Source: Candidatus Uhrbacteria bacterium (GTDB lineage Bacteria; Patescibacteriota; Patescibacteriia; UBA9934). Taken from it: DNA of 52,109 nt. The position numbers and the translations under genes are program-made. Position 1 is the first letter of the stretch, and each line of letters starts with the position of its first letter. The DNA lies in the NCBI GenBank assembly GCA_943359345.1, contig CALRHE010000001.1, forward strand, positions 67,995 through 120,103, read 5' to 3'. Below the pieces are notes generated by a model that saw only the letters and a program-made list of their open reading frames with translations, had not been told where the DNA came from and did not search any database. This document shows, in pieces, positions 47,212 through 52,109 of the stretch.

Positions 47212-48157
47212 ATCGATCAACCAGTTCTTTAAGGTCTTCACGCGAATAAAAATGTACGATCACCCGACCAGTCCCACCCTGCATTTCAATCACAACCTTG
47301 GTACCAAGTTTTTCTCTGAGCTCACCCTCTAAAGCGGCCAAATTAGGGTCCTTGCCAGCACTCGCCTTGCGGCTTTTAGCTCCAGCTTTAGCCTCGGCTT
47401 CACGCACTGTCATCTTGCCTGTCAGCATCTGATTGTAAATTTCACGTCGTCGACTAGGCACCGGCTCAGCCAGTAAGGTCCTGGCATGACTGCGTGAAAT
47501 CCGACCCTGAGCCAAAGCCTCAAGCATGTCTTTTTCAAGCTCCAACAGGCGTAAGGCGTTGGTGATTGTAGATCGAGCCTTGCCCACGCGTCCGGCTATG
47601 TCTTCCTGAAGCAAGCCGAACTGCTCAATCAGCACCTGATAAGCCTTAGCCTCTTCAACTGGATTCAAGTCCTGACGTTGAATGTTTTCAATCAAGGCCA
47701 GCTCGAGCTTCTCTTGCTCATCAGCTCTGGGCCTAACAATGATAGGGATTTTTTCAAGACCGAGTGCTCTTGAGGCACGCAAACGGCGTTCACCGGCGAT
47801 CAATTCGTATTTGCCTTTACCAGCCTCAATAGCCACCAGCGGTTGCAAGATGCCATGCTCAAGAATGCTGGCCTTCAAATCTGATAAAGCTTCGTCATCA
47901 AACTGAGTACGAGGTTGTTGGCTGTTGGCTTTAATATCACTCGGCGACACGTAACGAATTTTTAAATCACCTTCACCACTATCGATCGGTTCAGGGCTGA
48001 AGCTCGATGACTCAGCCGACTGATACGGCTCCGCAACCACAATAGGCGTAGCCACAGCAACCTGGGCCGAGACCGAACTCAAGACTGGTACCGACCCCGA
48101 ACCAGGACCAATCAATGATCCCAAGCCTCTCCCAAGCCCCCCCTTTGGTTTTGACAT
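47192..48157 (-). CDS. parB: Chromosome partitioning protein ParB
   Basis: GLGRGLGSLI, QPR..F, GILQPL, AGERRLRA, ALIENIQRQDLNPVEEA and an HTH. Confidence 0.97.
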   Translation of the reverse strand: MSKPKGGLGRGLGSLIGPGSGSVPVLSSVSAQVAVATPIVVAEPYQSAESSSFSPEPIDSGEGDLKIRYVSPSDIKANSQQPRTQFDDEALSDLKASILEHGILQPLVAIEAGKGKYELIAGERRLRASRALGLEKIPIIVRPRADEQEKLELALIENIQRQDLNPVEEAKAYQVLIEQFGLLQEDIAGRVGKARSTITNALRLLELEKDMLEALAQGRISRSHARTLLAEPVPSRRREIYNQMLTGKMTVREAEAKAGAKSRKASAGKDPNLAALEGELREKLGTKVVIEMQGGTGRVIVHFYSREDLKELVDRFTGRAS

Positions 48158-48170
48158 AATGCTTACCTTA

Positions 48171-48941
48171 CTAGGTTTGAGCCTGCTCTCGCTCCAGAAA
48201 CTCTCGTGCCAACCGTTCGTAGGCCCTAGCCGCCTTAGAAGCGGGATCGTAATGAAGAATCGACTTACCAAAGCTAGGTGCCTCGGCCAGACGCACGCTT
48301 CTAGGAATGACCGAACGGAAAATCTTGCCTGGAAAATGTTTATACAGCTCTTGCAAGACTTGATTTGAAAGATTGGTTCGTGGATCGAACATAGTTATCA
48401 CTGCGCCCATGATAGCAAGCTCTGGCTTCAAATGCTCGCGCACCAAGTTTACTGTCTGCATAAGCTGGCCCAAACCCTCTAAGGCATAGTACTCAGCCTG
48501 CACCGGCACCAGCACGCTGTCACTGGCTACCAAGCCGTTGATAGTCAGCAAGCCAAGTGACGGCGGGTTGTCTATAATGATGTAATCGTAATCATTACGC
48601 ACTGACAATAAGGCCTGTTCAAGCTTTCGCTCACGGTTAAACTCGTTTACTAGCTCTACCTGAGCACCAGCCAAATTGGGGCTACCAGGCAAAATCGACA
48701 AACCAGCGTGGGCTGAGGACAAAATATACTCTTTGGTGTTCTCAACATTTGATAAAGCTTCATACGTTCCTGGCAACTCGTTAATGTCATGACCAAAACC
48801 GCTCGAAGCATTACCTTGCGGATCCAGATCAACTAATAATACATATTTCCCGTAGTGGGCCAAATATGCCGCCAAATTCATGGAGGTCGTGGTTTTACCC
48901 ACCCCCCCTTTCTGGTTCACCACCGAGACAATGTGTGCCAT
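48171..48941 (-). CDS. parA: Chromosome partitioning ATPase ParA/Soj
   Basis: NQKGGVGKTTT, DLDPQGNAS, IDNPPSLG, VQAEYYALEG, LAEAPSFG. Confidence 0.97.
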   Translation of the reverse strand: MAHIVSVVNQKGGVGKTTTSMNLAAYLAHYGKYVLLVDLDPQGNASSGFGHDINELPGTYEALSNVENTKEYILSSAHAGLSILPGSPNLAGAQVELVNEFNRERKLEQALLSVRNDYDYIIIDNPPSLGLLTINGLVASDSVLVPVQAEYYALEGLGQLMQTVNLVREHLKPELAIMGAVITMFDPRTNLSNQVLQELYKHFPGKIFRSVIPRSVRLAEAPSFGKSILHYDPASKAARAYERLAREFLEREQAQT

Positions 48942-49044
48942 ATTCGATGCAAAGTTTACCATATTCACATTCATCTACCAGTTCACTATAAACAGCTTGA
49001 GAACTTGAAAACTTTGGCTGGTTCTGCTAATATTCCTGCCGTGC

Positions 49045-49130
49045 GCCGGGGTGGCGGAATGGTATACGCGACGGACTCAAAATCCGTTTCTCGCAAGAGA
49101 TTGAGGGTTCGAGTCCCTCTCCCGGTACCA
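49045..49130 (+). tRNA. tRNA-Leu(CAA)
   Basis: GCCGGGG...ACGGA-CTCAAAA-TCCGT, long variable arm, GGTTCGAGTCC, encoded CCA. Confidence 0.96.
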
Positions 49131-49192
49131 GAGACCTCATACAATATCAGGATACTGCGCTGCGGTACCCCAAATATTTTATGAGATCTCTG
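49129..49192. repeat. Long imperfect hairpin directly 3' of tRNA-Leu
   Basis: CAGAGACCTCATACAATAT / ATATTTTATGAGATCTCTG (17/19 IR) with an inner GC stem. Confidence 0.7.
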
Positions 49193-49308
49193 TAACGCAC
49201 ATAAGAAACCTATTGAGTTCGTCGGATACTAGGAGTGAACAAGTAGACAAAATGACGCAAAGACGACCTACTAAGTAAGTGGCGAAACTTGGGCAGGTCG
49301 GCTGTTAC

Positions 49309-49384
49309 GGCTGGGTAGCTCAGTCGGTAGAGCACAGGACTCATAAGCCTGTTGTCGCGGGTTCGATCCCCGCCCCAGCTACCA
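49309..49384 (+). tRNA. tRNA-Met(CAT), probably elongator (Ile2 not excluded)
   Basis: GGCTGGG...CAGGA-CTCATAA-GCCTG...GGTTCGATCC...CCCAGCTACCA; no initiator hallmarks. Confidence 0.9.
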
Positions 49385-49415
49385 AAAAAGTCTTGGCTTA
49401 GGCCAGGCCTTTTTT
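49384..49415 (+). terminator. Terminator after tRNA-Met
   Basis: AAAAAAGTCTTGGC-TTAG-GCCAGGCCTTTTTT. Confidence 0.7.
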
Positions 49416-49430
49416 ATATAGTCATAAAGC

Positions 49431-49459
49431 TTGACCAACATCACAAAAACGTGTATTCT
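49431..49459 (+). promoter_or_regulatory. Putative sigma70 promoter for tRNA-fMet
   Basis: TTGACC-17 nt-TATTCT. Confidence 0.65.
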
Positions 49460-49487
49460 TGCGTCGCCTGAATACAGGCATAAATAT

Positions 49488-49564
49488 CGCGGGGTAGAGC
49501 AGCCAGGCAGCTCGTCGGGCTCATAACCCGAAGGTCGTCGGTTCAAATCCGACCCCCGCAACCA
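49488..49564 (+). tRNA. Initiator tRNA-fMet(CAT)
   Basis: CGCGGGG start with C1:A72 mismatch, three G:C pairs in the anticodon stem (GGG-CTCATAA-CCC), encoded CCA. Confidence 0.97.
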
Positions 49565-49595
49565 AAAACATCCCGTCTAAGGCGGGATGTTTTTG
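49563..49595 (+). terminator. Terminator after tRNA-fMet
   Basis: CAAAAACATCCCGTC-TAA-GGCGGGATGTTTTTG. Confidence 0.85.
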
Positions 49596-49624
49596 TCCTG
49601 AGCGAGCGTAGCGAGTCTAAGGAC
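49595..49624. repeat. Short REP-like imperfect palindrome
   Basis: GTCCT-GAGCGAGCGTAGCGAGTCTA-AGGAC. Confidence 0.45.
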
Positions 49625-49664
49625 CTATCGAATAACACCATCCATGCTATTATTTACAAACTTT

Positions 49665-50141
49665 ATGACAACTACTACACACACCGCTATCGGGGTACTA
49701 ATTGGGACGGCGGTTGGTAACCCTATTCTTGGCTTTGGACTGGGGTTTATCTCCCACTACCTAGTTGACATTATCCCTCATGGAGACATGCACATGCGGG
49801 ATAGTAATAACCTAGTGAACAAAAAAAATGAGCGCCAGTCTCATGTCTTTGTAATTATAGATGTCGCCCTCGGCATTACACTTTTAAACATTCTCGGAAC
49901 GGTTCTGTCAGACGACGTAACCCGCAGCACGGTTTACGCCGCTAGTATCTTTGGCAGTGTGCTGCCAGATGCCATGGTGGGCGTGAATGACCTCGTAAAA
50001 TCAAAACTCGGACGCCTCCACACTCGCTTTCACTTCCATTTTCACGACCTTTTGTGCCGTAAACATGGTGACTCAAAGCTGCGCTATTCACTTGCAGCCC
50101 AAGCGATTTTTATAGTTGGTGTCGTCTATTTTTTAAGTTAA
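49665..50141 (+). CDS. Membrane protein, putative metal-dependent hydrolase-like
   Basis: HTAIG, SHYLVDIIPHGD, VLPD and FHFHFHD His/Asp motifs set among TM segments. Confidence 0.7.
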   Translation: MTTTTHTAIGVLIGTAVGNPILGFGLGFISHYLVDIIPHGDMHMRDSNNLVNKKNERQSHVFVIIDVALGITLLNILGTVLSDDVTRSTVYAASIFGSVLPDAMVGVNDLVKSKLGRLHTRFHFHFHDLLCRKHGDSKLRYSLAAQAIFIVGVVYFLS

Positions 50142-50147
50142 CCCCTC

Positions 50148-50248
50148 ACGGCGGGTAAACGGCGGATAACCCTCCCGCCGTAGTCTGTCGAGAGTACCGA
50201 CTCAGAAGTTCCCTCCTCACTTCAGCCTCGACAAACTTTAAGGCGGGA
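50148..50248. repeat. Nested GC-rich palindromes between convergent genes
   Basis: ACGGCGGG/CCCGCCGT, TGTCGAG/CTCGACA and TCCCGCC/GGCGGGA. Confidence 0.6.
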
Positions 50249-50291
50249 AAAGGTTTATTTCGAAGGTGTTGGGGGCCGATAGGCTGAAAAC

Positions 50292-50783
50292 CTATAAAAC
50301 AGCCCCGCCTGCGAGCGTAAGGATTAAAACAAAGGTCGCACCGCCAAGCATACCCAAGAGAATGCCTAGGGCGGCTTGTTTAAAGGGAATTTTTAAGGCC
50401 ACAGCTGCAAAACTGGCGGTCCAAACTCCCGTCAGCGGGAATGGGATAACCAAAAACATAAATAAAGCCAAAGCGCCATACTTGGCGTAACGGTCTTTTA
50501 GTTTAAATTCAGCTCTGGCAATCGCCATATCAAGTGGACGCAACAAGCTCGGAAAATATTTCTCGATCAATTCGTGAGCCAGCTCAAGGCCCAAATAGAC
50601 TGGAAAGAAAATCAAGGTCGCTCCAACCACTGCCAAGACGAAAACCAAGGCTGGGGGCAATTGGTATTCATGGATTCCGAATGGGATAGATAATTGGTAT
50701 TCAGTAATCGGGATGGCGGACAACAAAATAACCCGCATCCAAGCGGGTACCCCCTCTAAGGCAGAAATGATGGCATCTGTCAT
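50292..50783 (-). CDS. Small multi-drug export family (COG2426-like) membrane protein
   Basis: LSAIPITE..SIPFG and ALFMFLVIPFPLTGVWTA motifs. Confidence 0.88.
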   Translation of the reverse strand: MTDAIISALEGVPAWMRVILLSAIPITEYQLSIPFGIHEYQLPPALVFVLAVVGATLIFFPVYLGLELAHELIEKYFPSLLRPLDMAIARAEFKLKDRYAKYGALALFMFLVIPFPLTGVWTASFAAVALKIPFKQAALGILLGMLGGATFVLILTLAGGAVL

Positions 50784-51751
50784 AGGGTTGGCCACTCAAA
50801 AGTTTTAAACGCCCAACCAGCTAGATCTATGGCATCTTCAAAACGCGCCTCAATCTCATCAGCACCCAGGACCACGATGTAGACCTCATTGCCCTCATGA
50901 ACGACAGCCGCAGCCAAACAGTAACCGGCCTCCGGAATATAGCCTGTTTTGCCAGCCGTCACCTGATAATCGCCAGAGTTCAGTGGCGAGGTCAACAACA
51001 GATTGGTGGACGGAATCGAAGCCACTCGACCACTCGACTGCTGTACGCTCAAAGTGGCATCGGTCATAAACTGAGCTATTTCAGGATGCTGCTTAGCTTC
51101 AGCTAAAAGTACTGATAGCTCACCTACGGTCGAGACATTGTTCACCGATAATCCACTCGGATCTTCAAAACGACTGTCTAGCATACCTAACTCAATAGCC
51201 TTAGTGTTCATGCGAGCAACAAACTCCTCAGTCGTTAAGCCCGAGTGGCGGACCAAGGCCCGAGTGGCGGTATTGTCAGAGCCAACCATACTAGCGCCAA
51301 GCACATCTTCAAGCCGCAAGGGGTCGTTGTAATACAAATAAACGCGTCCCGTTCCAGCAAAATCCTCAGGTGTCACCGACACGTAGGCCTCAAGATTGGG
51401 ATCTGTTTCAAGGAAAACCAGGGCAGCCATGAGTTTTGAAATACTTCCAATCGGACGAACTTCATTTGGATTTTTTGAAAATAAGCTAGTGCCGCTCTCA
51501 GCATCAATAACAATCACACTCTGCGCAGAAGTCACCACCCCAAAAGACTGAAGATCAACCTTCTTGGGCGGTGGCGCAGCCTTATCCTTGGCCATGGGAA
51601 GCGTGGCCGTTGGTCCGTAAACTAAACTTGAAATCACGGTGTCATTAGCTATCTCAACCCCTGCCTGAAGCTCTAAAACAGCACCGTCGATCGGGAAAAA
51701 ATTCACGACGCTGGCAGCAAACAAAAGATTGGATAACACCTTAACAATCAT
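50780..51751 (-). CDS. D-alanyl-D-alanine carboxypeptidase/endopeptidase (peptidase S11)
   Basis: SxxK (GSISKL), SDN, MNTKA..LGM..F.DPSGL, KTGY..EAGYCL. Confidence 0.92.
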   Translation of the reverse strand: MIVKVLSNLLFAASVVNFFPIDGAVLELQAGVEIANDTVISSLVYGPTATLPMAKDKAAPPPKKVDLQSFGVVTSAQSVIVIDAESGTSLFSKNPNEVRPIGSISKLMAALVFLETDPNLEAYVSVTPEDFAGTGRVYLYYNDPLRLEDVLGASMVGSDNTATRALVRHSGLTTEEFVARMNTKAIELGMLDSRFEDPSGLSVNNVSTVGELSVLLAEAKQHPEIAQFMTDATLSVQQSSGRVASIPSTNLLLTSPLNSGDYQVTAGKTGYIPEAGYCLAAAVVHEGNEVYIVVLGADEIEARFEDAIDLAGWAFKTFEWPTL

Positions 51752-52109
51752 ACCTCCTTTGAAGTTTCAGACATGACAGCAGATAATAGCTTATCTATGT
51801 GAGCATTGGCGTGGAGGGTGGCGTAATCTGGAAGCTCGTCTTTCGAGTGGAGCCCAAGGAAACGTAACGTATCAGGAGACAGGCTGTACACCGGTTGCAT
51901 ACGTTGGGCGTCGTCGCTTTCTTCGACCAGCCCTCGCATCAGTAGGTTACGCAAAATCAAACTACAGTTTACACCACGGATAGCCTCGATCTCAGGTTTA
52001 GTGACCGGCCCACGATATGCAATAATGGTCAGCGCCTCAAGCGACGGCCGTGTGAGCTCCGGAGCCAGCTCGTCTTTAGCAATTTTACTCACCGTTTCTG
52101 CACAGGCCG
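51748..52109 (-). CDS. scpB: Segregation and condensation protein B (5'-truncated by window)
   Basis: SLEALTIIAYRGPVTKPEIEAIRGV...LLMRGLV...FLGL..KDELP; the frame stays open to the window end. Confidence 0.93.
   Translation of the reverse strand, partial: ACAETVSKIAKDELAPELTRPSLEALTIIAYRGPVTKPEIEAIRGVNCSLILRNLLMRGLVEESDDAQRMQPVYSLSPDTLRFLGLHSKDELPDYATLHANAHIDKLLSAVMSETSKEV

Noticed and set aside
47192-49040. parS site or oriC near parAB
   Set aside because: No TGTTTCACGTGAAACA-like palindrome or DnaA-box cluster was noticed by eye; the scan was not exhaustive.
48855-49561. ORFs 48855-49184 (+) and 49379-49561 (-)
   Set aside because: They overlap parA and tRNA genes; spurious translations of tRNA sequence.

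Overview
This is a gene-dense chromosomal window of a small-genome bacterium. The gene set, VirB2-like pilin fusions and short Rel suggest Patescibacteria/CPR, probably Parcubacteria/ABY1; that assignment is inference. Most genes are housekeeping: smpB-ssrA, infC-rpmI-rplT, pyk, nrdR, ftsAZ, dgkA, ybeY, hflX, yqeY, rpsU, hisS, lepB, an LCP gene, der, pth, dprA, folC, topA, rel, parAB, a peptidase S11 gene, scpB and four tRNAs (Asp, Leu, Met, fMet). Four accessory parts stand out. (1) A ~13.5 kb surface-appendage/adhesin cluster (13123-26689) is built around a 3080-aa protein that appears to fuse a VirB2-like pilin, Ig/IPT domains, myxobacterial-type Cys repeats, a PsbP-like domain, an internal type IV pilin-like head and a vWA domain. 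It is tightly packed between hflX and ybeY-dgkA-ftsA. (2) A high-GC two-gene islet (2289-3570) has the same structured hairpin after each gene, and one gene encodes a D-to-E pseudo-receiver. (3) A tRNA-Asp-adjacent remnant carries an N-terminally truncated large serine recombinase. (4) A 1.1 kaa orphan helical protein with Gly/Ala-rich hydrophobic segments is encoded next to rel. Intergenic DNA carries several unrelated palindrome families: a duplicated 114-bp element, a heptamer-period IR, an ACAGAT IR, a GTAG REP and a perfect 41-bp palindrome before dprA. No CRISPR array, rRNA or intact IS was seen. All domain calls are by motif recognition only; no searches were run.
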